From: Octopus sinensis | Taxonomy: Eukaryota | Assembly (NCBI RefSeq): GCF_006345805.1 | Contig: NC_043023.1 | Coordinates: forward strand, 5,394,001-5,458,000 | Reading direction: 5' to 3' | DNA length: 64,000 bases | In this document: positions 1 to 13,664 of the stretch, one piece after another | Numbering within the stretch: the first letter of the stretch is position 1 | Layout of the letters: every line of letters begins with the position of its first letter | Position numbers and translations under genes: made by a program | The notes under the pieces: generated by a model | Databases searched by the model: none | What the model was told of the DNA's origin: nothing | What the model saw: the letters and a program-made list of their open reading frames with translations, nothing else

Positions 1-632
1 TAATCCTAGTGCCCCTTGAACTCTACAATGGCATTAGCCTGTGAGTAGCCATGTCATGCACCAGGTCTATCTGTCTTCTTACCTTATCCTTGGTCATAAA
101 AACCAGGTACATGCTTCCAAGTACTTTATTCCATCAGTCAGAGCCTCCTCTAACTCATCTTCTGAGGTCATATGGAAAATCCTCTTTCAAGCAAGGAGGT
201 ACTGACCTTTGTAACAAACCTTTGTCTTGGAAACATCTCAAGCTGTGAAGTTCATTTTATTCCACATTGTTAGTAAATCATGGAATGTTTTTGCTATTGC
301 TCATGTTGTAGTTGCTATTCATATTAGGGTCTTCTCCCATTTAAATTAATTTTCTTCTTTTTGTGTGTGTGTCTCCAATTGGATTTCAAAATATTTGGGG
401 AATGTTTTTGATTTCATTCCTTTTGTCACCAAACACTCATGGCCTTATTCCTATAGCACAAAATATTAATTATTAATATAATTACAGTCAGAATTCAAAT
501 CCTACTGGTTATTATTGGATTTTGAATTCTTATCATTCCTGGGTTGATGAATATAAAACCAGTCATGAACTGGGGCCAATTAAAAGATATTTTATCTGAC
601 ATAGCATTCTTCACTAACATTCTTCCCTTTAG

Positions 633-672
633 CCTGGAATTATGCGAGCAAGCGCGTCATCTTCTCACTGAG
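633..672 (+). other. Candidate 40-nt exon of an unidentified + strand transcript
   Basis: Branch-point-like cactaac (612-618), pyrimidine tract and tAG at 630-632. Donor GAG|GTAATT at 672/673. Two frames are open (LELCEQARHLLTE or WNYASKRVIFSL). Confidence 0.35.
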
Positions 673-1309
673 GTAATTGACAAAACTAAAGGTACGAAAC
701 ACAAAAGAGAAAGAATAATAATTATTATTAATATTGTTATTGTTTTAATTATGATAGTCATAATTAATAACATCAATAATATTAATTAATATTATTATTA
801 TTATTGTTATTGTTAAACTGCAAGAAAAATATATATATATATCATGTTAATAAAAATATGTATATATATATATAAGCTTATTCAAAGAGTTTCTTGCATG
901 AATATATAATATATATTATATATAAAGTAGATTCATTCAACACACTTACACACTTACAGTAGTGTATTATTTAATAATTAATGTTAATTAATCAATCAAT
1001 TCCTTCATTCAATATACATCCATTTGTTCATTTACAATTTTTTCTCTTCTGGCTGTCGCTGCTTTGATAAGCTTGTGATGATGGACCTTGCAATGAACTT
1101 GTCACACAGGTTCCAATTTAACTCTTGGCTTTTTTTGGCATTTCAGAACGCTCTCCTTTGTTCAGACGATTATTATTATTATTTTTTTTTACTCTTCGTT
1201 CGTTTCTGAGCAATAGTAGTTGTAGTAGTCACTTATCAATGCTATTATTGTTGTTAATAATTATTGTTGTTTTCATTTCCGCTTTACTTTATAGTTACAC
1301 ATTTATATA

Positions 1310-1356
<47 letters not shown>

Positions 1357-3482
1357 TATATGCATTCACATACACATACATATATATAACAAGTATACTT
1401 GTTAATTTTTCAGCTATAGTAGTTGCTTCTCAATGTTTTTTAAAACAAAAAAAATACAATGGCATAGTATTTTTATTGTTGTTGTTGCTTATTCATAATT
1501 TTTTCTTCATTCATATCACCAACCATGTTTTTTTGTCTATTTTATATATTTTTGTTTTATTCTCTTGTTTTTTGCAATTATCCATCATTACATTTATCTA
1601 CATACAATGGAGTTACAAACTGGACCTGTAAACCCAAAACAATTGTCCGTCATATCTCCCTCAAATCATATCTTGCTTTCTTAAAAAATGGTACATGTTA
1701 CAATTTAGTCCTAGATATGCTATGTCTGGAATAAGAAATGGGGTTGCCACGGATGGAACATCTTTGAATCAGGGCCAAGCAAGTCAGAAACAAAAGCAAA
1801 TAAATAAATGCAGTGACAATATATACACATATATATATATATATATGTGATGCTGTCAGAGGAATATTATTCATAAGTTAGAAAAAACCTCACTCATGAT
1901 AAGATAATACAGTGAGGATATTGATAGTTTTATAAATCAAAAACTATTTCCAGCCAGAATATTCCTGGATGTCTTCGGAATTGTTTTACTTAAAAACTGA
2001 AAGGATAATCAACGGCTTATCAGACATAAAGGGCTGGAAGTGTACAGCCAGGGTTCTTTTGCAATAAAGGTACAAAAGAAACAAACAGCCAAAAACCAAA
2101 AAAAAAAAAGAAGATATTTGGTAACAGTTAAAAATCTGGAACAAAATTGCAGGATATTTTTATAGGTAAAAGTGGAGGCACATGGTTTAGTGTTTAGGGT
2201 GCTGGATTCATGATCGTAAGGTTGTGGTTTCAATTCCTGACCAGGCAATGCGTTGTGTTCTTAAGCAAAACACATCATTTCATGTTGCTCCAGTCCACTC
2301 AAATGATAAATATGAGTCATCCTGTGACGGATCCCTGTCTTGTCCAGGAATGAATATATATATATATCCACCATAGAAACTGGAAATCTGACCCTGTGCT
2401 CCTTAAAGAGTAATGTGGACTAACCATGGTATGCAAAACTATATATCTTAGGAAAGCTACCTAAAGGCCAAAATAGAAATCCTATGCAAATGATATGCTA
2501 GTATTAACAATACAAATATCATAAACAAAATATGAGAAGTCGAAGAAACGGTGTACATCATTTATTGAAAAAACAATTATTATTTTTTCAGTAAAAGAAA
2601 CAAATTCATCCACCAACGATAACTAAGGAACTTCATTGGTAAGGAGAATCTAAGAAAATTACATCTTAAATATTTTCTTCTTACCTAAAAAAAAACCGGG
2701 TGTTGGTATGTGTTGTAATACACCCGTCCTCTCTTCAATTAAACCTGCATTGTTTGATATCAGAATTACTACTTTACATGAGAACCTCCCCTTAAAATAT
2801 ACTGAATTTGAGTTTTCATTCTTTTTTCTTAGTGTGTGATCCTTCTAAATATTAATCCCTACTTTAATGATTTCTGTAAATGAACCCTAAAAGTAATTCC
2901 CTTAAATATCTCTATTTCTTCCTTAATCTTTTTTCCTTTCATCCTTCTATCATTTTCTTTTCTTCTCTCTTCTCTCTCCCTATTTCCTTCCTTTATATAT
3001 TTTTCTCTCCTTCTCGGTCTTTCTCCATTTGTCTTCATCCCTTATTCCCTCTTCATTCCCAGTCATGTTTTTCCTCCAGAAAAACCCATCTCTTCTCTAA
3101 CCCATATGACTCTCCTACCGAATGATCAAGTTTGCCAAAAACTGCAAGGTCTCTTCAATGACTTGTGAAACCCTCTTCTGACTTTTAAAATGGCATGAAT
3201 GAATTCCTGTAGAAAGATATCCTTCAATAAACCCTTGTTAATCCTAAAACACAACTCAAAATGAATTATTATCAGTTGCTAACCCCTGAAAATGTAGTTT
3301 ATCCTGTGTCATATGGTCCTCACCTGTAGTGGTTTTATGTGAGGCCTTGATGTTTTTTAATGATGAAATGATTCTTTTCCTTAAAATGATCTCAGTACTT
3401 TCATTTCTATTTTTCACAGAACACCATTTCTCCATTTCCTACTTATCATAACCACATCTCTCTCTTTTCATTCAATCTATCA

Positions 3483-3521
<39 letters not shown>

Positions 3522-5379
3522 CATATATATATACATACATATATATACATATATATACTCATCTGGCCCTGTTTTATTATCCCATAAAAAAATCAATGAA
3601 GAAAACGACTCCATAACATTCAAATGACACCTTCAAGAGTTGATAGCAGACAAACCACTGATATCTGGATTAATTTCAGCAGACAACTCCCTATTCAAGT
3701 GGGGTATGATGTCCCAAAACATTAAATAGATTACTCCAAGTGTTGGTATTAAATTGGACTTGGCCTGGGTTAATAATGGCTGTGAGATATCCTTTATTTT
3801 GTTTGCTCTTACTCCATGTCTTCAGCTGAGTCAAAAGTGTAAATTTATTTGTGGCCAACAAAGACATCTACAAGCTGGTCACGTGAAATTAGATACAAAA
3901 GCGACCAGGATGAAGACAGACAGATTTTCATGAACCGATGAACTGTACTTGCGATTTTAAAACCCTGTCGGTTATGTCACACACATTGGCCTAAAGAATC
4001 TTCTCCAGGAGTCTATGCCATTGGAATTACTTTGTCATTCGGCACCGAAAGATTTTTCCCAGCCTATTCCTATCTACTTTCTCTCTTTCTTCTATTCTAT
4101 CCTGCTACCATTATTCAAAGGAACCTCCTCAATACCATCATAATCATCCTCATCATCACTACTAGTAATACTACTAGCACCATTACCACATTACTACTAC
4201 TACTACCATTACCATCGCCGCCACAACAACAACAATAACAAAAACGTAGATTGCTTAGTCGATTGTTGCTTGTTTGTTTGTGCGTGTGTTGTTTTCTTTT
4301 GATTATAGTATCAATATTAATAGTATTATTACTATTATCATTATCATATTCTTAATCGCTTGAGAACAATGGCTCTGCTGTGATTTGTGAGCTCTTATGA
4401 TATTAAGAGCTTATGTGCATTTGTATATATACATTCCTAATATATATATATATATATATATATGTTTAGATATATATATATAGATTTATATATTTAGATA
4501 TATATATATATAGATTTATTTATATATATATAGATTTATATATATATATATATATATATGCATGTATATATAGCAATATTGATTTCCTCAAAAAGATGCT
4601 TTGAAAGAAAAGGTAAAGTTTTCTTCAAATATGTATTGCTTCTCGAGTTCCATGTCTTTATTGTTTTCAAAATAAGATACCAGCCATGAAATGGGATCCA
4701 ATATGATCGACTATAACTACTTCTCACCAAAAGGTTTTAGGCCTTCTGCCAAATGTATGAAAAAAATCATCATTGTTATTAATATTATTGTTATTACTAT
4801 TATTATTATTATTCCAATTTTATCAATGGAGTTTTATCTGGAGTAATTATCACTCAAAAATTTGAAAGCATAATTACTAAAACTATAGTAAAAAGTATTC
4901 CCAGTATTTTGGAAACTTAATCTTCTCTCTCTCTCTCTACATATATATACATATATACATATATATATATGTATTGAATCAAATGAGAAATAAGGAAAGC
5001 TTCAAGTAATGTTGTGAGTTTAAAAGCCTTTATATTTCAGGCAGAAAGTCTTATCTGTAAAAAAAAAAATGCCTGAAATATAATGGATTTTAAATCTTTC
5101 TGGATTGTTAGAAACTTTCCTTATTTTTTCCTTCCATTCAATTCTCTACTTTTGTACTACAGTGCTTCAAGTGAACTACAACACTCTTCGCTACATATTT
5201 TATACATATGAATGCATATGATTATTATTGTTAATAATGATAAATGACGATAATCAAATCAATAATAACATACTGGGGTACTTTATCTTTCATCGTTTTC
5301 GATTTGATGAAATGAATTACTTGTTCTACTGGAGTCGATTCAATCAATTGTATCCCACAATAAACTCTCACATATATTT

Positions 5380-5491
5380 GGTCTACATATATAATATATA
5401 TATAGATGTATACATATAGATATAGATATATGTATATCTATATCTATATATACATATATATATATACACACACATACATATATATACATGC

Positions 5492-5578
<87 letters not shown>

Positions 5579-5865
5579 TATATTTATGTATATATATGCA
5601 CACATATATACATACACATACACACACACACATATATACTAAATCATTTGATTGTTTAGGTCTCTTATACCTAACTTTCTCTCTCTCTCTCTTTCTATCT
5701 CTCTATATTTATATTTACATATATGTATATGCTCATATTATATATATATATATATATATACATAACATATATATATATACATACATATATGTATAAACAT
5801 ATATATATATATACATATATATAAATATAGACATATACACACACACAAACACATATATATAATGT
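5380..5865. repeat. (TA)n/(CA)n/(CT)n microsatellite block (representative of dozens in the window)
   Basis: Direct inspection. This block is the source of the IY/YI pseudo-ORFs in the track. Confidence 0.95.
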
Positions 5866-6097
5866 GTGCATTTAAATGAAATCTTCTATATTATGTATCT
5901 TTGTATTTACAATTATAACTTTTTTGCAATAATTTCCAAATAAGGAACATGATTATAGAATATGAAATTCCCAAGTACAGTTCATCAATGAAAGAAGAAC
6001 TAATGGAACATAACTTGAAATTATTTGGCTTAAGTTTCAATTTCTTCAGAAATATTACCTGAGTCTTCTGATTTCTTTGGAGTAATCTCTTTCTTTT

Positions 6098-6455
6098 ATC
6101 TGTCTATCCATCTCTCTATCCATCTCTCTATCTATCTTTCTATCTATCTATCCATCTCTCTATCTATCTTTCTATCTATCCATCTCTCTATCTATCTTTC
6201 TATCTATCTATCTATCCATCTCTCTATCTATCTTTCTATCTATCTTTCTATCTATCTATCTTTCTATCTATCTATCTATCCATCTCTCTATCTCTCTATC
6301 TATCTCTCTATCCATCTCTCTATCTATCTATCTCTCTATCTATCTATCTTTCTATCTATCTATCTATCCATCTCTCTATCTATTTTTCTATCTATCTATC
6401 TTTCTATCTATCTATCTCTCTATCTATCTTTCTATCTATCTCTCCATCTCTCAAT
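6098..6455. repeat. Compound (ATCT/ATCC/TTCT) tetranucleotide microsatellite
   Basis: ~350 bp of tctatcta/tccatctc/tttctatc units. Confidence 0.95.
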
Positions 6456-6498
6456 CTGTTTGTCTAACAATTCTTATTCTTTGTTTGTCTCTAAACAG

Positions 6499-6621
6499 TC
6501 TTTGACAAGCAGCTCCAGCAGTCACCAAGTCACAACTATGCAAGGTCGTGGTTCCGGATATTCAGCAACTTTTAGTCGATCTGTACATATGTCCAACGGT
6601 GGAGAAGATGACCACTTCTAA
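6499..6621 (+). other. Candidate terminal exon (SLTSSSSSHQVTTMQGRGSGYSATFSRSVHMSNGGEDDHF*)
   Basis: Pyrimidine tract and cAG at 6496-6498. 40 open codons then TAA at 6619-6621. Unique sequence among microsatellites. AATAAA motifs near 6895-6910. No homology recognised. Confidence 0.25.
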
Positions 6622-7505
6622 ACAAAATCATGACTACTACCACCACCACCAACAACAACACCAACATCAACAGCAATAACACCCACCAGAACCAACGATA
6701 ACAACAACAACAAAATGATAAACTTGCCAGAAGAAAACTAAGAATCTAAGACAAAAGCAGAAGTGGAAACATCTGTGCATAAAAATAACCGGAATTTTCT
6801 TTGCTCAAAATATTTGACTGCGACCTTGTGTGTGTTGTGGACTGTTTTTTTGGTTCCTTTTTTTTCGGGTGGAGTGAAGGGGTAGAAAAAATGAATAAAT
6901 AAAATAAAATAAATTTTTTTTAAAAATATTCATGACAAAACATCAAAAACACAGAACAGAAACGGAGCTCAAAGAATGCCAGAAGTTGAAAGAAAGACAG
7001 AAAATTTATGAGATAATAAACTAACGACATGCAACACCCGTAATAATTGTGAAAAAAAAAAAATGAAGGTTTAAAAAAAGATGAAAAAATATATATATTG
7101 AAGAAAAACAATTATTATTATTATTTATAATTTATTATCAATTATTTATTATATTTGATAGTCTAGTATTCTATGGATGTTGTTTTTGAAAATTTTCGGT
7201 TATTTTGCACATGGAAGAGAATTATCAATAATTTTTTTCTAATTAAAAATTCCAACACTGGCAGGTTAATTATAATGATGATGATGAACTGCACAAAGAG
7301 GAATGAATAACCAAGAACAATTAACAAAACAACACAGCAAGAATTCCTCTCTTCATCCATCCATCCATATACATATATAAAACAAAAATGGCAGAATCTC
7401 TCTTTCGTTGGACAGTTTTCATGGAATTGACTCAGAAAGAAAAACATACCTTTTGACCTCTCAGTCAATACTGTGTTATAGAAATATTTACCAACATATA
7501 TATTT

Positions 7506-7547
<42 letters not shown>

Positions 7548-7688
7548 TATATCATGTTATATTATATATATCCTGGGGTGCCTATACTGGACTATAATTT
7601 ATAATAAATACACCCATATGCAGAGTTACAAAAAAATTCTATATCTTTTGTTTGTTATTATTTCTTGAATTGTTTTTATTGACATTTT

Positions 7689-8008
7689 TGGTTGTGTGGT
7701 AAGAAGCTTGCTTCCCAACCACACCGTTTTGGGTTCAGTCCCACTGTGTGACACCTTGGGTAGAAGATAGCCTTGGGTTATATATATCTATGTGCGTGTG
7801 TCTTTGTGTCTGTGTTTGTGCTCCAACACTGCTTGACACTGGTGTTGGTGTGTTTACGTCCCCTGTAACTTAGCAGCTTGGCAAAAGAGATCAATAGAAT
7901 AAGTACCAGGCGTTTGAACCCAGTTCTGGGGTCAATTCATTTGACTAAAAACAAATTGTTCAAGGCAGTGCCCCAGCATGGCCACAGTCTACTGAAACAA
8001 GAGATAGA
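7689..8008 (+). mobile_element. Family A SINE, diverged
   Basis: Head and body motifs collinear with 12013-12462. Confidence 0.75.
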
Positions 8009-9310
8009 AGATCAAAGGTACATTGATAATTGTTGTTTGATTGGAATTTTTGTTGGGAGTATTTTGTTGTTGTTGCTGCTGTTGTTGTCCTTACTGCTGT
8101 TGTCATCTTCTGTGTTGTTAATATCGTTTTTAGCCCAGTCAATGCCGACTCAGCAGACTTGTGATCCAAAGCAATCCATCCATGACCTTTGCCACTCTCT
8201 AGGGATATCTAAGGATTGCATAGTCTTAGTCTAATCTAGCCTGCCTCTTATGTAACACAGGTGTGATTTGGTTGCTATTTCTAGTGGATTGAACAACCAT
8301 TTAGAATCTCTTTTGGTTGTTAAAGTGGCTGTTATTGTTGTTGTAACTGTTTTTACTATTGATATTCTTATTCCCACCCTTAGAGACTATATAGTCATCA
8401 TAATGTGCTGGTATGCTTCGGACACCATGGTTATGGTTTAGTATAAAAAGACAATAGGGTAACACTGCCTTGTTCTTAATTGCTTTTAATTTCCCTTAAT
8501 TTATTCACTTTCAGTATTTCATCCCCTTTTATCTTCATAACCTCTCCTACAAATGGTACCACCCTATTGTCTTTCTATGCTATATATACATCAGAGAAGA
8601 AATATTCTCATAAACCTCACAGTTTAAGGGCCACCACATAAAGACTAACCCTTCTCTCATGTATCTCAAAGTGGATACAGCTATAAAGAATAGCATATAA
8701 TAAACCAGGTTAAAAAAAAACAACCCTTGGATGGGGAAATAAATTTAAGGCAACCTGCAGGAATTGAACCCTTATATTCTTTATCCATGACAGACACATG
8801 AACCTGTCACACTAAAGTAAAGTCTCCTCTTTAAAATAGATTCTTTGTTCTTAGAAGTGAGAAAGTAAATCTGCTTACATTATGAAATTTTAGCCTTATG
8901 AAAATGTAAGATAAATCATTTTAATGGAGAATCTCAGAGCAACTACAGTTATATAAATAAATATATATATATATAGATAGATAGAGAGAGAGACCGACAG
9001 ATAGATAGATAGATAGACATACATACATACATACATACAAATACATACGTATATATATGTATGTGTGAATGAATATATATATGTATATATATATATATAT
9101 TAGAAGAAATATAAAATATAAAATACCTGTACATCATCTCCAAACCTTCCAATATATTTTATACATATATATATATATATGTATATGTGTGTGTGTACGA
9201 GTATGTTAAATGATCAAGATATCTGGCTGGCACCCAACTGCACCAAAGAAGACTCATCCAACACAGCAGAATTGATGCCAATGCTGATTCCATATAAAGA
9301 GCTCAGCTGA

Positions 9311-10100
9311 TGGTGCCATGTAAAAAGCATTGGTGTTGGTGCTGATACCAAATAAAAAAGCATTGGTGATGGTGCCACTTAAAAAGCATTGGTGATAGTG
9401 ACACTTAAAATGCATTGGTGATGGTGCCACTTAAAATGCATTGGTGATAGTGCCACTTAAAAAGCATTGGTGATGGTGTCTTGTAAAAAGCATTGGTGTT
9501 GGTGCTGATACCAAATAAAAAAGCATTGGTGATAGTGACACTTAAAATGCATTGGTGATGGTGCCACGTAAAAAGCATTGGTGATGGTGTCTTGTAAAAA
9601 GCATTGGTGGTGGTGCTGATACCAAATAAAAAAGCATTGGTGATGGTGTCTTGTAAAAAGCATTGGTGTTGGTGCTGATACCAAATAAAAAAGCATTGGT
9701 GATAGTGACACTTAAAATGCATTGGTGATGGTGCCACGTAAAAAGCATTGGTGATGGTGTCTTGTAAAAAGCATTGGTGGTGGTGCTATATAAAAGCACG
9801 GGTGATGGTGTCTTGTAAAAAGCATTGGTGGTGGTGCTATATAAAAGCATTGGTGATGGTGTCTTGTAAAAAGCATTGGTGGTGGTGCTATATAAAAGCA
9901 CTGGTGATGATGCCACGAAGATGCATTGGTGATGGTTCCACAAAATGCATAGATGATGATGCCAGATGAAAAGCACAAGTGATGGTGCCACTTAGAGAAC
10001 ATTGGTGCTGATGATGTGTTAAAAGCACTAGTGATAGAGCCAGAAAAATCACTGGTACTGTTGCCATGTAAAAGCATTGGTGATGGTGCCACGTAAAAAG
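9311..10100 (+). repeat. Minisatellite of 26/33-bp monomers (core AAAAGCATTGGTGRTGGTG) with a 170-bp higher-order repeat
   Basis: The block starting at 9461 recurs at 9631. Monomers 26+33+26+26+26+33=170. Followed by an RTE-type 3' tail at ~10100-10272. Confidence 0.9.
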
Positions 10101-10569
10101 CATCCAGTACACTCCGTAGAGTGGTTGGCATTAGGAAGAGAATCCAGCCCTAGAAATCATGGCAGAAGAGATAATGGAACCTGATTGTGGCCTGGCCTTA
10201 CCAGCTCTGGTAAAAACGTCCAATCCATACTGGCAGGGAAAACAGACCCTAAATGATGATGATCATCATCATGATAAGGATGTTGATACTGAGGGGTAAA
10301 AAATGAAACACAACAAACAGAAACAAACTTCAGCTTTCTGAGAAAATACTTGGAAAAAATATCCAAAGCTTTCTGTGAAAACACAAAATACACTTAAGAT
10401 TTTGAACTTTTGGGTGACGCAAGAACAGTTCTGTATTTTGTGAACAAATAAAACACATCCAAGTATTCTAGGAACCCTTCAAATTTCCAGGGAACTCAAA
10501 TATTGTCAAGATTTCAGTAGATACAGAATAAACATGTGTATTCCAGTAGAAACACAGAATGTAGTTTTT

Positions 10570-11290
10570 TCTTTTATTCTTTTACTTGCTCCAGTTGCTT
10601 GACAGCGGCCATGCTGCAGCACTGCATTCAAATCAACCTCAGGAATTATTTCTTAAGCCTAGTACTTATTCTACAGGTCTCTTTTGCCAAACCACAAAGT
10701 TACAGGGATGTAAATACACCAACATCAATTGTCAAATGGTAGTGGAGGGAACAAACACACACACACACATATACGACAGGTTTCTTTCGGTTTCCATCTA
10801 CCAAATCCACTCACAAAGCTTTGGTTGGCACGAGGCTATAGTAGAAGACACTTGCCCAAGGCGCATTGCATTGGGAATGAACTCAGGACCATGTGGTTGG
10901 GAAGTAAACCTCTTATGACACAACCACGCCTGTACCTATCGTTCTGAGTTCTTAAGATATCAGCACTGCTCAGTTTTCTTTGTATACATAGTTGAGCATT
11001 CTGGGAAAACAAAGAACTCAAGCATTCTAGGAGAACATAGAACACACATATTTCAGGCACACAGAAAATGATAAATTTACTGTAAACACAAGCACACATG
11101 GGTCTTCTGTTGCTAAATTGAACATATGGGCACAGGTGTGGCTGTGTGGTAAGAAATTTGCTTCCAAACCACGTGGTTCTGGGTTCAGTCCTACTGTGTG
11201 GCACCTTGGGCAAGTGTCTTCTACTATACCCTGGGTTGACCAAAGTCTTGTAAATGGATTTGGTGGACAGAAACAAAAAGAAGCCCGTCG

Positions 11291-11358
<68 letters not shown>

Positions 11359-11730
11359 CACAAATATATACATATATACATATGTGGCTGTGTGGTAAGT
11401 TAGCTTGCTTATCAGCCACATAGTTCCGGGTTCAGCCCCACTGTGTGGCACCTTACACAAGTGTCTTCTACTATAGCCTCAGGCCAACCAAAGCCTTGTG
11501 ACTGGAATTGGTAGATGAAAACTGAAAGAAACCTTTCGTGCATATGTATATGTTTGTGTGTCTGTGTTTGTTTCTCCACCATCGCTTGACAACTGATTTT
11601 GGTGTGTTTATGACCCTGTAAATTAGCGGGTCAGCAAAGAGAGGCGAATAGAATATGTACTCGGCTTACAAAAGAATAAGTCATGGGCTTAATATCTTTG
11701 ACTAAAAGTAATGCTCCAGCATGGCCACAG
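10570..11730. mobile_element. Cluster of family A SINEs: 10570-10930 (-), 11135-11290 (+ head), 11385-11730 (+)
   Basis: Head/body motifs in both orientations. Confidence 0.8.
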
Positions 11731-11754
11731 AATATATATATATATATATATAGT

Positions 11755-11915
11755 CGCCATGATAGATCGTTAGCCACTACACACATTTTTTTTCTCTCCT
11801 TGTTTTTTCTGTGTCCCATTCTGCCGAAGAGCATAGGCTCGAAACGCAAAAGACTTTTTCTATTCCTGAGCGTTATACTAATACATCTGTTTGTTTTGTA
11901 CACCACCTGATTCGT
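11755..11915 (+). mobile_element. Related pLTR-like repeat (family F2) with a decayed hammerhead core; second copy ~59085-59245
   Basis: ctgccgaagagcataggctcgaaacgcaaaag (11821) and ctgtcaaagagcacaggctcaaaacataaaag (59116), both followed by ...cgtta.actaatacatctgtttgtt. Confidence 0.55.
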
Positions 11916-11971
11916 CTTTATATATATATATATACATATCCATGCATACATATGTACATATATATATATAT

Positions 11972-12012
<41 letters not shown>

Positions 12013-12013
<1 letters not shown>

Positions 12014-12462
12014 GAGTGGCTGTGTGGTAAGTAGCTTGTTTACCAACCACATGGTTCCAGGTTCAGCCCCACTATGTGGCACCTTGGGCAAGTGTCTTCT
12101 ACTATAGCCTTGGGCCGACCAAAGCCTTGTGAGTGGATTTGGTAGACGGAAACTGAAAGAAGCCCGTCATATATATGTGTATATATATATAATATATATA
12201 TATATATTATATAATATATATATATTTATATTATATATATGTGTGTGTTGTGTGTGTGTGTGTGTTTTTGTCCCTCCAACATGCTTGACAACTGATGTTG
12301 GTGTGTTTACGTCCCTGTAACTTAGCGGTTTGGCAAAAAGAACTGATAGAATAAGTACTCGGCTTACAAAGAATAAGTCCTGGGGTCGATTTGCTTGACT
12401 AAAAAGGTGGTGCTCCAGCATGGTCGCAGTCAAATGACTGAAACAAGTAAAAGAATAAAAGA
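12013..12462 (+). mobile_element. Family A SINE (tRNA-like head, internal (TA)n/(TG)n, body, gagtaaaa-type tail), full length
   Basis: ggagtggctgtgtggtaagtagc...ggttcagcccc (A/B-box-like)...gaaagaagcccgtc-(TA)n-...gcagtcaaatgactgaaacaagtaaaag. Confidence 0.88.
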
Positions 12463-12766
12463 AAGCATAAAAGAATATATATATACACATATATATATAT
12501 ATATATATATATATTCGCATGTTCCATTTTTAGTTTGATATGCCATGTGGGCTGTGCCTGATGACTGTGCAGAGCTGTCAGACTTGTTATGAAATGTTGT
12601 TTAGCAAGTTCTCAGCACATGAAACTAATAGTAGCACATAAAATCATGTGCCTATTAGATCATATTTATCTCTCAGCAGTTAGAGTACTGCTTTTGTTGA
12701 CCTTACCATTACAGCACAGCACATTATATATAATATATATATATATATTATATATATATATATACA

Positions 12767-12866
12767 NNNNNNNNNNNNNNNNNNNNNNNNNNNNNNNNNN
12801 NNNNNNNNNNNNNNNNNNNNNNNNNNNNNNNNNNNNNNNNNNNNNNNNNNNNNNNNNNNNNNNNNN
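12767..12866. other. Assembly gap (100 N)
   Basis: Run of exactly 100 N. Confidence 1.
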
Positions 12867-13025
12867 TCCCAACCCATGCTAGCATGGAAAACGGACGCTA
12901 AATGAGATGATGATGATGATGATGATGATATATATATATATAAGATCAGCAACAAGAATATGGCACTTAATTTAGATGCACTAGAATTTCGTATGGTGTT
13001 ACCCATAAAAATTTGCGGGGTGATT

Positions 13026-13329
13026 ATAATAAAAAATAAGCAACAAGAATGATTCCGGTAAATGGTACAATTGTTTCATACTACAACATTTTATTAAAAG
13101 CTGTAAATATTACAGCTGATTTAAGATGCTGAGTACTCTTCAGCCAATTATATAGGTTTTCCAATAATATAAAAGCTTTCAAATCATATATTATTGGAAA
13201 ACCTATATAAATTGACTGAAGAGTACTCAGCATCTTAAACCTGCTGTAATATTTACACCTTTTAATAAAATGTTGCAGTATGAAACAATTGTACCAAATT
13301 ACCGGAATCATTCTTGTTGCTTATTTTTG

Positions 13330-13334
<5 letters not shown>
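13026..13334. mobile_element. Palindromic foldback/MITE (~146-bp arms, ~15-nt loop)
   Basis: aataagcaacaagaatgattccggtaa... and ...ttaccggaatcattcttgttgcttatt. A diverged one-arm copy lies at ~22515-22660 next to (TA)n. Confidence 0.8.
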
Positions 13335-13371
<37 letters not shown>

Positions 13372-13494
13372 CTATATACCTATACTATACACACCAACAC
13401 ACCACATATATATTATATTATATATATATAATATATTATATATATATATATATATATATCACCTATATACATACATATATATATATATAACTAT

Positions 13495-13533
<39 letters not shown>

Positions 13534-13631
13534 GCATATATATATATACACACACATATATATATAATATACACACACACACCACACCCACACACACCAC
13601 ACACCATATATATATATATATATATTATATA

Positions 13632-13664
<33 letters not shown>

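Noticed and set aside
5228-5796. Many IYIY/HTHT/CVCV ORFs across the window
   Set aside because: Translations of (TA)n/(CA)n microsatellites.
9311-10100. Possible CRISPR-like array
   Set aside because: Monomers are contiguous with no unique spacers, there are no cas genes, and the context is eukaryotic.
12721-12930. Adjacency of sequences across the N run
   Set aside because: Scaffold gap of unknown true size. No inference made across it.
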